Made by a program: the position numbers and the translations under genes. From Auanema rhodensis (taxonomy: Eukaryota; Animalia; Nematoda): DNA of 64,000 nt. The stretch covers positions 21,390,001-21,454,000 of the forward strand of contig OZ059898.1 of NCBI GenBank assembly GCA_964057225.1, in the 5' to 3' direction. Under the pieces are notes generated by a model. The model searched no databases, had not been told where the DNA came from, and saw only the letters and a program-made list of their open reading frames with translations. Below are positions 1-14,956 of the stretch, piece after piece. How positions within the stretch are numbered: the stretch's first letter is position 1; each line of letters opens with the position of its first letter.

Positions 1-3000
1 ATGTACACGTGATGTGCACTTGGTATGTAACTCGCTTCACGTGAAAGATAAAGAGATGCGGTTTTCAAAATTAGATTCCCCATGTCCATATTAGTCTAAA
101 AACAAATTTTTATCGATATTGGTTCATGGTAACCATGACTTTGAAATTTACGTGAACTTTAATTTATGCTAGTTAAATGTACACGTGATGTGCACTTGGT
201 ATGTAACTCGCTTCACTTGAAAGATAAAGAGATGCGGTTTTCAAAATTAGATTCCTCATGTCCATATTAGTCTAAAAACAAATTTTTATTGATATTGGTG
301 CATGGTAACCATGACTTTGAAATTTACGTGAAATTTAATTTATGCTAATTAAATGTACACGTGATGTGCACTTGGTATGTAACTCGCTTCACGTGAAAGA
401 TAAAGAGATGCGGTTTTCAAAATTAGATTCCCCATGTCCATATTAGTCTAAAAACGAATTTTTATTGATATTGGTGCATGGTAACCATGACTTTGAAATT
501 TACGTGAACTTTGATTTATGCTAATTAAATGTACACGTGATGTGCACTTGGTATGTAACTCGCTTCACGTGAAAGACAAAGAGATGCGGTTTTCAAAATT
601 AGATTCCCCATGTCCATATTAGTCTAAAAACAAATTTTTATTGATATTGGTGCATGGTAACCATGACTTTGAAATTTACGTGAACTTTAATTTATGCTAA
701 TTAAATGTACACGTGATGTGCACTTGGTATGTAACCCGCTTCACGTGAAAGATAAAGAGATGCGGTTTTCAAAATTAGATTCCTCATGTCCATATTAGTC
801 TAAAAACAAATTTTAATTGATATTGGTTCATGGTAACCATGACTTTGAAATTTACGTGAACTTTAATTTATGCTAATTAAATGTACACGTGATGTGCACT
901 TGGTATGTAACTCGCTTCACTTGAAAGATAAAGAGATGCGGTTTTCAAAATTAGATTCCCCATGTCCATATTAGTCTAAAAAAAAATTTTTATTGATATT
1001 GGAGCATGGTAACCATGACTTTGAAATTTACGTGAAATTTAATTTATGCTAATTAAATGTACACGTGATGTGCACTTGGTATGTAACTCGCTTCACGTGA
1101 AAGATAAAGAGATGCGGTTTTCAAAATTAGATTCCCCATGTCCATATTAGTCTAAAAACAAATTTTTATCGATATTGGTTCATGGTAACCATGACTTTGA
1201 AATTTACGTGAACTTTAATTTATGCTAATTAAATGTACACGTGATGTGCACTTGGTATGTAAATCGCTTCACGTGAAAGATAAAGAGATGCGGTTTTCAA
1301 AATTAGATTCCCCATGTCCATATTAGTCTAAAAACAAATTTTTATTGATATTGGTTCATGGTAACCATGACTTTGAAATTTACGTGAACTTTGATTTATG
1401 CTAATTAAATGTACACGTGATGTGCACTTGGTATGTAACTCGCTTCACGTGAAAGATAAAGAGATGCGGTTTTCAAAATTAGATTTCCCATGTCCATATT
1501 AGTCTAAAATCAAATTTTTATTGATATTGGTTCATGGTAACCATGACTTTGAAATTTACGTGAACTTTAATTTATGCTAATTAAATGTACACGTGATGTG
1601 CACTTGGTATGTAACTCGCTTCACGTGAAAGATAAAGAGATGCGGTTTTCAAAATTAGATTCCTCATGTCCATATTAGTCTAAAAACAAATCTTTATTGA
1701 TATTGGTGCATGGTAACCATGACTTTGAAATTTACGTGAACTTTAATTTATGCTAATTAAATGTACACGTGATGTGCACTTGGTATGTAACTCGCTTCAC
1801 GTGAAATATAAAGAGATGCGGTTTTCAAAATTAGATTCCCCATGTCCATATTAGTCTAAAAACAAATTTTTATTGATATTGGTTCATGGTAACCATGACT
1901 TTGAAATTTACGTGAACTTTAATTTATGCTAATTAAATGTACACGTGATGTGCACTTGGTATGTAACTCGCTTCACGTGAAAGATAAAGAGATGCGGTTT
2001 TCAAAATTAGATTCCCCATGTCCATATTAGTCTAAAAACAAATTTTTATTGATATTGGTGCATGGTAACCATGACTTTGAAATTTACGTGAACTTTAATT
2101 TATGCTAATTAAATGTACACGTGATGTGCACTTGGTATGTAACTCGCTTCACGTGAAAGATAAAGAGATGCGGTTTTCAAAATTAGATTCCCCATGTCCA
2201 TATTAGTCTAAAAACAAATTATTATCGATATTGGTTCATGGTAACCATGACTTTGAAATTTACGTGAACTTTAATTTATGCTAATTAAATGTACACGTGA
2301 TGTGCACTTGGTATGTAACTCGCTTCACGTGAAAGATAAAGAGATGCGGTTTTCACAATTAGATTCCCCATGTCCATATTAGTCTAAAAACAAATTTTTA
2401 TTGATATTGGTGCATGGTAACCATGACTTTGAAATTTACGTGAACTTTAATTTATGCTAATTAAATGTACACGTGATGTGCCCTTGGTATGTAACTCGCT
2501 TCACGTAAAAGATAAAGAGATGCGGTTTTCAAAATTAGATTCCCCATGTCCATATTAGTCTAAAATCAAATTTTTATTGATATTGGTTCATGGTAACCAT
2601 GACTTTGAAATTTACGTGAACTTTGATTTATGCTAATTAAATGTACACGTGATGTGCACTTGGTATGTAACTCGCTTCACGTGAAAGATAAAGAGATGCG
2701 GTTTTCAAAATTAGATTCCCCATGTCCATATTAGTCTAAAATCAAATTTTTATTGATATTGGTTCATGGTAACCATGACTTTGAAATTTACGTGAACTTT
2801 GATTTATGCTAATTAAATGTACACGTGATGTGCACTTGGTATGTAACTCGCTTCACGTGAAAGATAAAGAGATGCGGTTTTCAAAATTAGATTTCCCATG
2901 TCCATATTAGTCTAAAATCAAATTTTTATTGATATTGGTTCATGGTAACCATGACTTTGAAATTTACGTGAACTTTAATTTATGCTAATTAAATGTACAC

Positions 3001-6000
3001 GTGATGTGCACTTGGTATGTAACTCGCTTCACGTGGAAGATAAAGAGATGCGGTTTTCAAAATTAGATTCCTCATGTCCATATTAGTCTAAAAACAAATT
3101 TTTATTGATATTGGTGCATGGTAACCATGACTTTGAAATTTACGTGAACTTTAATTTATGCTAATTAAATGTACACGTGATGTGCACTTGGTATGTAACT
3201 CGCTTCACGTGAAAGATAAAGAGATGCGGTTTTCAAAATTAGATTTCCCATGTCCATATTAGTCTAAAAACAAATTTTTATTGATATTGGTTCATGGTAA
3301 CCATGACTTTGAAATTTACGTGAACTTTAATTTATGCTAATTAAATGTACACGTGATGTGCACTTGGTATGTAACTCGCTTCACGTGAAAGATAAAGAGA
3401 TGCGGTTTTCAAAATTAGATTCCCCATGTCCATATTAGTCTAAAAACAAATTTTTATTGATATTGGTGCATGGTAACCATGACTTTGAAATTTACGTGAA
3501 CTTTAATTTATGCTAATTAAATGTACACGTGATGTGCACTTGGTATGTAACTCGCTTCACGTGAAAGATAAAGAGATGCGGTTTTCAAAATTAGATTCCC
3601 CATGTCCATATTAGTCTAAAAACAAATTATTATCGATATTGGTTCATGGTAACCATGACTTTGAAATTTACGTGAACTTTAATTTATGCTAATTAAATGT
3701 ACACGTGATGTGCACTTGGTATGTAACTCGCTTCACGTGAAAGATAAAGAGATGCGGTTTTCACAATTAGATTCCCCATGTCCATATTAGTCTAAAATCA
3801 AATTTTTATTGATATTGGTTCATGGTAACCATGACTTTGAAATTTACGTGAACTTTAATTTATGCTAATTAAATGTACACGTGATGTGCACTTGGTATGT
3901 AACTCGCTTCACGTGGAAGATAAAAAGATGCGGTTTTCAAAATTAGATTCCTCATGTCCATATTAGTCTAAAAACAAATTTTTATTGATATTGGTGCATG
4001 GTAACCATGACTTTGAAATTTACGTGAACTTTAATTTATGCTAATTAAATGTACACGTGATGTGCACTTGGTATGTAACTCGCTTCACGTGAAAGATAAA
4101 GAGATGCAGTTTTCAAAATTAGATTCCTCATGTCCATATTAGTCTAAAAACAAATTTTTATTGATATTGGTTCATGGTAACCATGACTTTGAAATTTACG
4201 TGAACTTTAATTTATGCTAATTAAATGTACACGTGATGTGCACTTGGTATGTAACTCGCTTCACGTGAAAGATAAAGAGATGCGGTTTTCAAAATTAGAT
4301 TCCCCATGTCCATATTAGTCTAAAAACAAATTTTTATTGATATTGGTGCATGGTAACCATGACTTTGAAATTTACGTGAACTTTAATTTATGCTGATTAA
4401 ATGTACACGTGATGTGCACTTGGTATGTAACTCGCTTCACGTGAAAGATAAAGAGATGCGGTTTTCAAAATTAGATTCCCCATGTCCATATTAGTCTAAA
4501 AACAAATTATTATCGATATTGGTTCATGGTAACCATGACTTTGAAATTTACGTGAACTTTAATTTATGCTAATTAAATGTACACGTGATGTGCACTTGGT
4601 ATGTAACTCGCTTCACGTGAAAGACAAAGAGATGCGGTTTTCAAAATTAGATTCCCCATGTCCATATTAGTCTAAAAACAAATTTTTATTGATATTGGTG
4701 CATGGTAACCATGACTTTGAAATTTACGTGAACTTTAATTTATGCTAATTAAATGTACACGTGATGTGCACTTGGTATGTAACTCGCTTCACGTGGAAGA
4801 TAAAGAGATGCGGTTTTCAAAATTAGATTCCTCATGTCCATATTAGTCTAAAAACAAATTTTTATTGATATTGGTTCATGATAACCATGACTTTGAAATT
4901 TACGTGAACTTTAATTTATGCTAATTAAATGTACACGTGATGTGCACTTGGTATGTAACTCGCTTCACGTGAAAGATAAAGAGATGCGGTTTTCAAAATT
5001 AGATTCCCCAAGTCCATATTAGTCTAAAAACAAATTTTTATTGATATTGGTTCATGATAACCATGACTTTGTAATTTACGTGAACTTTATATTATGCTAA
5101 TTAAATGTACACGTGATGTGCACTTGGTATGTAACTCGCTTCACGTGAAAGATAAAGAGATGCGGTTTTCAAAATTAGATTCCCCATGTCCATATTAGTC
5201 TAAAAACAAATTTTTATTGATATTGGTGCATGGTAACCATGACTTTGAAATTTACGTGAACTTTAATTTATGCTGATTAAATGTACACGTGATGTGCACT
5301 TGGTATGTAACTCGCTTCACGTGAAAGATAAAGAGATGCGGTTTTCAAAATTAGATTCCCCAAGTCCATATTAGTCTAAAAACAAATTTTTATTGATATT
5401 GGTTCATGATAACCATGACTTTGAAATTTACGTGAACTTTATATTATGCTTATTAAATGTACACGTGATGTGCACTTGGTATGTAACTCGCTTCACGTGA
5501 AAGATAAAGAGATGCGGTTTTCAAAATTAGATTCCCCATGTCCATATTAGTCTAAAAACAAATTTTTATTGATATTGGTGCATGGTAACCATGACTTTGA
5601 AATTTACGTGAACTTTAATTTATGCTAATTAAATGTACACGTGATGTGCACTTGGTATGTAACTCGCTTCACGTGAAAGATAAAGAGATGCGGTTTTCAA
5701 AATTAGATTCCCCATGTCCATATTAGTCTAAAAACAAATTTTTATTGATATTGGTGCATGGTAACCATGACTTTGAAATTTACGTGAACTTTAATTTATG
5801 CTAATTAAATGTACACGTGATGTGCACTTGGTATGTAACTCGCTTCACGTGAAAGATAAAGAGATGCGGTTTTCAAAATTAGATTCCCCATGTCCATATT
5901 AGTCTAAAAACAAATTTTTATTGATATTGGTGCATGGTAACCATGACTTTGAAATTTACGTGAACTTTAATTTATGCTAATTAAATGTACACGTGATGTG

Positions 6001-7568
6001 CACTTGGTATGTAACTCGCTTCACGTGAAAGATAAAGAGATGCGGTTTTCAAAATTAGATTCCCCATGTCCATATTAGTCTAAAAACAAATTTTTATTGA
6101 TATTGGTTCATGGTAACCATGACTTTGAAATTTACGTGAACTTTAATTTATGCTAATTAAATGTACACGTGATGTGCACTTGGTATGTAACTCGCTTCAC
6201 GTGAAAGATAAAGAGATGCGGTTTTCAAAATTAGATTCCCCATGTCCATATTAGTCTAAAAACAAATTTTTATTGATATTGGTGCATGGTAACCATGACT
6301 TTGAAATTTACGTGAACTTTAATTTATGCTAATTAAATGTACACGTGATGTGCACTTGGTATGTAACTCGCTTCACGTGAAAGATAAAGAGATGCGGTTT
6401 TCAAAATTAGATTCCCCATGTCCATATTAGTCTAAAAACAAATTTTTATTGATATTGGTGCATGGTAACCATGACTTTGAAATTTACGTGAACTTTAATT
6501 TATGCTAATCAAATGTACACGTGATGTGCACTTGGTATGTAACTCGCTTCACGTGAAAGATAAAGAGATGCGGTTTTCAAAATTAGATTCCCCATGTCCA
6601 TATTAGTCTAAAAACAAATTTTTATTGATATTGGTGCATGGTAACCATGACTTTGAAATTTACGTGAACTTTAATTTATGCTAATTAAATGTACACATGA
6701 TGTGCACTTGGTATGTAACTCGCTTCACGTGAAAGATAAAGAGATGCGGTTTTCAAAATTAGATTCCCGATGTTCATATTAGTCTAAAAACAAATTTTTA
6801 TTGATATTGGTTCATGGTAACCATGACTTTGAAATTTACTTGAACTTTAATTTATGCTAATCAAATGTACACGTGATGTGCACTTGGTATGTAACTCGCT
6901 TCACGTGAAAGATAAAGAGATGCGGTTTTCAAAATTAGATTCCCCATGTCCATATTAGTCTAAAAACAAATTTTTATTGATATTGGTGCATGGTAACCAT
7001 GACTTTGAAATTTACGTGAACTTTAATTTATGCTAATTAAATGTACACATGATGTGCACTTGGTATGTAACTCGCTTCACGTGAAAGATAAAGAGATGCG
7101 GTTTTCAAAATTAGATTCCCCATGTCCAAATTAGTCTAAAAACAAATTTTTATTGATATTGGTGCATGGTAACCATGACTTTGAAATTTACGTGAACTTT
7201 AATTTATGCTAATTAAATGTACACATGATGTGCACTTGGTATGTAACTCGCTTCACGTGAAAGATAAAGAGATGCGGTTTTCAAAATTAGATTCCCCATG
7301 TCCAAATTAGTCTAAAAACAAATTTTTATTGATATTGGTGCATGGTAACCATGACTTTGAAATTTACGTGAACTTTAATTTATGCTAATTAAATGTACAC
7401 ATGATGTGCACTTGGTATGTAACTCGCTTCACGTGAAAGATAAAGAGATGCGGTTTTCAAAATTAGATTCCCGATGTTCATATTAGTCTAAAAACAAATT
7501 TTTATTGATATTGGTTCATGGTAACCATGACTTTGAAATTTACGTGAACTTTAATTTATGCTAATCAA

Positions 7569-7740
7569 ATGTACACGTGATGTGCACTTGGTATGTAACT
7601 CGCTTCACGTGAAAGATAAAGAGATGTTTTAAAATTAGATTCCCCATGTCCATATTAGTCTAAAAACAAATTTTTATTGATATTGGTGCATGGTAAATAT
7701 GACTTTGAAATTTACGTGAACTTTAATTTATGCTAATCAA
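7569..7740 (+). repeat. 172-bp variant monomer (net 4-bp deletion: GAGATGCGGTTTTCAAAA to GAGATGTTTTAAAA; also GGTAAATATG)
   Basis: Seen at 7621-7634. The array register shifts by -4 afterwards (next monomer starts at 7741 instead of 7745). Confidence 0.93.
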
Positions 7741-8620
7741 ATGTACACGTGATGTGCACTTGGTATGTAACTCGCTTCACGTGAAAGATAAAGAGATGCG
7801 GTTTTCAAAATTAGATTCCCGATGTTCATATTAGTCTAAAATCAAATTTTCATTGTTATTGGTTCATGGTAACCATGACTTTGAAATTTACGTGAACTTT
7901 AATTTATGCTAATTAAATGTACACGTGATGTGCACTTGGTATGTAACTCGCTTCACGTGGAAGATAAAGAGATGCGGTTTTCAAAATTAGATTCCTCATG
8001 TCCATATTAGTCTAAAAACAAATTTTTATTGATATTGGTGCATGGTAACCATGACTTTGAAATTTACGTGAACTTTAATTTATGCTAATTAAATGTACAC
8101 GTGATGTGCACTTGGTATGTAACTCGCTTCACGTGAAAGATAAAGAGATGCGGTTTTCAAAATTAGATTCCCCATGTCCATATTAGTCTAAAAACAAATT
8201 TTTATTGATATTGCTTCATGGTAACCATGACTTTGAAATTTACGTGAACTTTAATTTATGCTAATTAAATGTACACGTGATGTGCACTTGGTATGTAACT
8301 CGCTTCACGTGAAAGATAAAGAGATGCGGTTTTCAAAATTAGATTCCCCATGTCCATATTAGTCTAAAAACAAATTTTTATTGATATTGGTTCATGGTAA
8401 CCATGACTTTGAAATTTACGTGAACTTTAATTTATGCTAATTAAATGTACACGTGATGTGCACTTGGTATGTAACTCGCTTCACGTGAAAGATAAAGAGA
8501 TGCGGTTTTCAAAATTAGATTCCCCATGTCCATATTAGTCTAAAAACAAATTTTTATTGATATTGGTTCATGGTAACCATGACTTTGAAATTTACGTGAA
8601 CTTTAATTTATGCTAATTAA

Positions 8621-11436
8621 ATGTACACGTGATGTGCACTTGGTATGTAACTCGCTTCACGTGAAAGATAAAGAGATGCGGTTTTCAAAATTAGATTCCC
8701 CATGTCCATATTAGTCTAAAAACAAATTTTTATTGATATTGCTTCATGGTAACCATGACTTTGAAATTTACGTGAACTTTAATTTATGCTAATTAAATGT
8801 ACACGTGATGTGCACTTGGTATGTAACTCGCTTCACGTGAAAGATAAAGAGATGCGGTTTTCAAAATTAGATTCCCCATGTCCATATTAGTCTAAAAACA
8901 AATTTTTATTGATATTGGTTCATGGTAACCATGACTTTGAAATTTACGTGAACTTTAATTTATGCTAATTAAATGTACACGTGATGTGCACTTGGTATGT
9001 AACTCGCTTCACGTGAAAGATAAAGAGATGCGGTTTTCAAAATTAGATTCCCCATGTCCATATTAGTCTAAAAACAAATTTTTATTGATATTGGTTCATG
9101 GTAACCATGACTTTGAAATTTACGTGAACTTTAATTTATGCTAATTAAATGTACACGTGATGTGCACTTGGTATGTAACTCGCTTCACGTGAAAGATAAA
9201 GAGATGCGGTTTTCACAATTAGATTCCCCATGTCCATATTAGTCTAAAAACAAATTTTTATTGATATTGGTGCATGGTAACCATGACTTTGAAATTTACG
9301 TGAACTTTAATTTATGCTAATTAAATGTACACGTGATGTGCACTTGGTATGTAACTCGCTTCACGTGGAAGATAAAGAGATGCGGTTTTCAAAATTAGAT
9401 TCCTCATGTCCATATTAGTCTAAAAACAAATTTTTATTGATATTGGTGCATGGTAACCATAACTTTGAAATTTACGTGAACTTTAATTTATGCTAATTAA
9501 ATGTACACGTGATGTGCACTTGGTATGTAACTCGCTTCACGTGAAAGATAAAGAGATGCGGTTTTCAAAATTAGATTCCCCATGTCCATATTAGTCTAAA
9601 AACAAATTTTTATTGATATTGGTTCATGGTAACCATGACTTTGAAATTTACGTGAACTTTAATTTATGCTAATTAAATGTACACGTGATGTGCTCTTGGT
9701 ATGTAACTCGCTTCACGTGAAAGATAAAGAGATGCGGTTTTCAAAATTAGATTCCCCATGTCCATATTAGTCTAAAAACAAATTTTTATTGATATTGGTT
9801 CATGGTAACCATGACTTTGAAATTTACGTGAACTTTAATTTATGCTAATTAAATGTACACGTGATGTGCACTTGGTATGTAACTCGCTTCACGTGAAAGA
9901 TAAAGAGATGCGGTTTTCAAAATTAGATTCCCCATGTCCATATTAGTCTAAAAACAAATTTTTATTGATATTGGTTCATGGTAACCATGACTTTGAAATT
10001 TACGTGAACTTTAATTTATGCTAATTAAATGTACACGTGATGTGCACTTGGTATGTAACTCGCTTCACGTGAAAGATAAAGAGATGCGGTTTTCAAAATT
10101 AGATTCCCCATGTCCATATTAGTCTAAAAACAAATTTTTATTGATATTGCTTCATGGTAACCATGACTTTGAAATTTACGTGAACTTTAATTTATGCTAA
10201 TTAAATGTACACGTGATGTGCACTTGGTATGTAACTCGCTTCACGTGAAAGATAAAGAGATGCGGTTTTCAAAATTAGATTCCCCATGTCCATATTAGTC
10301 TAAAAACAAATTTTTATTGATATTGGTTCATGGTAACCATGACTTTGAAATTTACGTGAACTTTAATTTATGCTAATTAAATGTACACGTGATGTGCACT
10401 TGGTATGTAACTCGCTTCACGTGAAAGATAAAGAGATGCGGTTTTCAAAATTAGATTCCCCATGTCCATATTAGTCTAAAAACAAATTTTTATTGATATT
10501 GGTTCATGGTAACCATGACTTTGAAATTTACGTGAACTTTAATTTATGCTAATTAAATGTACACGTGATGTGCACTTGGTATGTAACTCGCTTCACGTGA
10601 AAGATAAAGAGATGCGGTTTTCACAATTAGATTCCCCATGTCCATATTAGTCTAAAAACAAATTTTTATTGATATTGGTGCATGGTAACCATGACTTTGA
10701 AATTTACGTGAACTTTAATTTATGCTAATTAAATGTACACGTGATGTGCACTTGGTATGTAACTCGCTTCACGTGGAAGATAAAGAGATGCGGTTTTCAA
10801 AATTAGATTCCTCATGTCCATATTAGTCTAAAAACAAATTTTTATTGATATTGGTGCATGGTAACCATAACTTTGAAATTTACGTGAACTTTAATTTATG
10901 CTAATTAAATGTACACGTGATGTGCACTTGGTATGTAACTCGCTTCACGTGAAAGATAAAGAGATGCGGTTTTCAAAATTAGATTCCCCATGTCCATATT
11001 AGTCTAAAAACAAATTTTTATTGATATTGGTTCATGGTAACCATGACTTTGAAATTTACGTGAACTTTAATTTATGCTAATTAAATGTACACGTGATGTG
11101 CTCTTGGTATGTAACTCGCTTCACGTGAAAGATAAAGAGATGCGGTTTTCAAAATTAGATTCCCCATGTCCATATTAGTCTAAAAACAAATTTTTATTGA
11201 TATTGGTTCATGGTAACCATGACTTTGAAATTTACGTGAACTTTAATTTATGCTAATTAAATGTACACGTGATGTGCACTTGGTATGTAACTCGCTTCAC
11301 GTGAAAGATAAAGAGATGCGGTTTTCAAAATTAGATTCCCCATGTCCATATTAGTCTAAAAACAAATTTTTATTGATATTGGTTCATGGTAACCATGACT
11401 TTGAAATTTACGTGAACTTTAATTTATGCTAATTAA
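8621..11436 (+). repeat. 8-monomer (1408-bp) higher-order tandem duplication; boundaries approximate
   Basis: Rare variants recur at +1408: GCTTCAT 8741/10149, ACCATAAC 9461/10869, GTGCTCTT 9694/11102. Confidence 0.85.
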
Positions 11437-14400
11437 ATGTACACGTGATGTGCACTTGGTATGTAACTCGCTTCACGTGAAAGATAAAGAGATGCGGTTT
11501 TCACAATTAGATTCCCCATGTCCATATTAGTCTAAAAACAAATTTTTATTGATATTGGTGCATGGTAACCATGACTTTGAAATTTACGTGAACTTTAATT
11601 TATGCTAATTAAATGTACACGTGATGTGCACTTGGTATGTAACTCGCTTCACGTGGAAGATAAAGAGATGCGGTTTTCAAAATTAGATTCCTCATGTCCA
11701 TATTAGTCTAAAAACAAATTTTTATTGATATTGGTGCATGGTAACCATGACTTTGAAATTTACGTGAACTTTAATTTATGCTAATTAAATGTACACGTGA
11801 TGTGCACTTGGTATGTAACTCGCTTCACGTGAAAGATAAAGAGATGCGGTTTTCAAAATTAGATTCCCCATGTCCATAATAGTCTAAAAACAAATTTTTA
11901 TTGATATAGGTTCATGGTAACCATGACTTTGAAATTTACGTGAACTTTAATTTATGCTAATTAAATGTACACGTGATGTGCACTTGGTATGTAACTCGCT
12001 TCAAGTGAAAGATAAAGAGATGCGGTTTTCAAAATTAGATTCCCCATGTCCATATTAGTCTAAAAACAAATTTTTATTGATATTGGTTCATGGTAACCAT
12101 GACTTTGAAAATTACGTGAACTTTAATTTATGCTAATTAAATGTACACGTGATGTGCACTTGGTATGTAACTCGCTTCACGTGAAAGATAAAGAGATGCG
12201 GTTTTCAAAATTAGATTCCCCATGTCCATATTAGTCTAAAAACAAATTTTTATTGATATTGGTTCATGGTAACCATGACTTTCAAATTTACGTGAACTTT
12301 AATTTATGCTAATTAAATGTACACGTGATGTGCACTTGGTATGTAACTCGCTTCACGTGAAAGATAAAAAGATGCGGTTTTCAAAATTAGATTCCTCATG
12401 TCCATATTAGTCTAAATACAAATTTTTATTGATATTGGTTCATGGTAACCATGACTTTGAAATTTACGTGAACTTTAATTTATGCTAATTAAATGTACAC
12501 GTGATGTGCACTTGGTATGTAACTCGCTTCACGTGAAAGATAAAGAGATGCGGTTTTCAAAATTAGATTCCCCATGTCCATATTAGTCTAAAAACAAATT
12601 TTTATTGATATTGGTTCATGGTCACCATGACTTTGAAATTTACGTGAACTTTAATTTATGCTAATTAAATGTACACGTGATGTGCACTTGGTATGTAACT
12701 CGCTTCACGTGAAAGATAAAGAGATGCGGTTTTCAAAATTAGATTCCCCATGTCCATATTAGTCTAAAAACAAATTTTTATTGATATTGGTTCATGGTAA
12801 CCATGACTTTGAAATTTACGTGAACTTTAATTTATGCTAATTAAATGTACACGTGATGTGCACTTGGTATGTAACTCGCTTCACGTGAAAGATAAAGAGA
12901 TGCGGTTTTCAAAATTAGATTCCTCATGTCCATATTAGTCTAAATACAAATTTTTATTGATATTGGTTCATGGTAACCATGACTTTGAAATTTACGTGAA
13001 CTTTAATTTATGCTAATTAAATGTACACGTGATGTGCACTTGGTATGTGACTCGCTTCACGTGAAAGATAAAGAGATGCGGTTTCCAAAATTAGATTCCC
13101 CATGTCCATATTAGTCTAAAAACAAATTTTTATTGATATTGGTTCATGGTAACCATGACTTTGAAATTTACGTGAACTTTAATTTATGCTAATTAAATGT
13201 ACACGTGATGTGCACTTGGTATGTAACTCGCTTCACGTGAAAGATAAAGAGATGCGGTTTTCAAAATTAGATTCCCCATGTCCATATTAGTCTAAAAACA
13301 AATTTTTATTGATATTGGTTCATGGTAACCATGACTTTGAAATTTACGTGAACTTTAATTTATGCTAATTAAATGTACACGTGATGTGCACTTGGTATGT
13401 AACTCGCTTCACGTGAAAGATAAAGAGATGCGGTTTTCAAAATTAGATTCCCCATGTCCATATTAGTCTAAAAACAAATTTTTATTGATATTGCTTCATG
13501 GTAACCATGACTTTGAAATTTACGTGAACTTTAATTTATGCTAATTAAATGTACACGTGATGTGCACTTGGTATGTAACTCGCTTCACGTGAAAGATAAA
13601 GAGATGCGGTTTTCACAATTAGATTCCTAATGTCCATATTAGTCTAAAAACAAATTTTTATTGATATTGGTGCCTGGTAACCATGACTTTGAAATTTACG
13701 TGAACTTTAATTTATGCTAATTAAATGTACACGTGATGTGCACTTGGTATGTAACTCGCTTCACGTGAAAGATAAAGAGATGCGGTTTTCAAAATTAGAT
13801 TCCCCATGTCCAAATTAGTCTAAAAACAAATTTTTATTGATATTGGTGCATGGTAACCATGACTTTGAAATTTACGTGAACTTTAATTTATGCTAATTAA
13901 ATGTACACATGATGTGCACTTGGTATGTAACTCGCTTCACGTGAAAGATAAAGAGATGCGGTTTTCAAAATTAGATTCCCCATGTTCATATTAGTCTAAA
14001 AACAAATTTTTATTGATATTGGTTCATGGTAACCATGACTTTGAAATTTACGTGAACTTTAATTTATGCTAATTAAATGTACACGTGATGTGCACTTGGT
14101 ATGTAACTCGCTTCACGTGAAAGATAAAATGATGCCGTTTTCAAAATTAGATTCCCCATGTCCATATTAGTCTAAAAACAAATTTTTATTGATATTGGTT
14201 CATGGTAACCATGACTTTGAAATTTACGTGAACTTTAATTTATGCTAATTAAATGTACACATGATGTGCACTTGGTATGTAACTCGCTTCACGTGAAAGA
14301 TAAAGAGATGCGGTTTTCAAAATTAGATTCCCCATGTTCATATTAGTCTAAAAACAAATTTTTATTGATATTGGTGCATGGTAACCATGACTTTGAAATT

Positions 14401-14956
14401 TACGTGAACTTTAATTTATGCTAATTAAATGTACACGTGATGTGCACTTGGTATGTAACTCGCTTCACGTGAAAGATAAAATGATGCCGTTTTCAAAATT
14501 AGATTCCCCATGTCCATATTAGTCTAAAAACAAATTTTTATTGATATTGGTTCATGGTAACCATGACTTTGAAATTTACGTGAACTTTAATTTATGCTAA
14601 TTAAATGTACACGTGATGTGCACTTGGTATGTAACTCGCTTCACGTGAAAGATAAAGAGATGCGGTTTTCACAATTAGATTCCCCATGTCCATATTAGTC
14701 TAAAAACAAATTTTTATTGATATTGGTGCATGGTAACCATGACTTTGAAATTTACGTGAACTTTAATTTATGCTAATTAAATGTACACGTGATGTGCACT
14801 TGGTATGTAACTCGCTTCACGTGGAAGATAAAGAGATGCGGTTTTCAAAATTAGATTCCTCATGTCCATATTAGTCTAAAAACAAATTTTTATTGATATT
14901 GGTGCATGGTAACCATGACTTTGAAATTTACGTGAACTTTAATTTATGCTAATTAA

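Noticed and set aside
30-62. CENP-B box
   Set aside because: The core pattern TTCG-N4-A-N2-CGGG is not present in the consensus on either strand.
6-120. Budding-yeast point centromere (CDEI-CDEII-CDEIII)
   Set aside because: Only an 8-bp CDEI-like match is present. There is no ~80-bp >90% AT CDEII and no recognisable CDEIII, and point centromeres are not tandemly arrayed.
1-176. Identity with the Brassica CentBr (176 bp), Arabidopsis CEN178/180 or primate alpha satellite families
   Set aside because: Only the length is similar. I recognise no sequence similarity from memory, and a database search is needed to settle it.
978-986. A9 run as another copy of the 175-bp deletion allele
   Set aside because: It is a C-to-A substitution (nine As) with no register shift, unlike the A8 deletion alleles at 15-24 kb.
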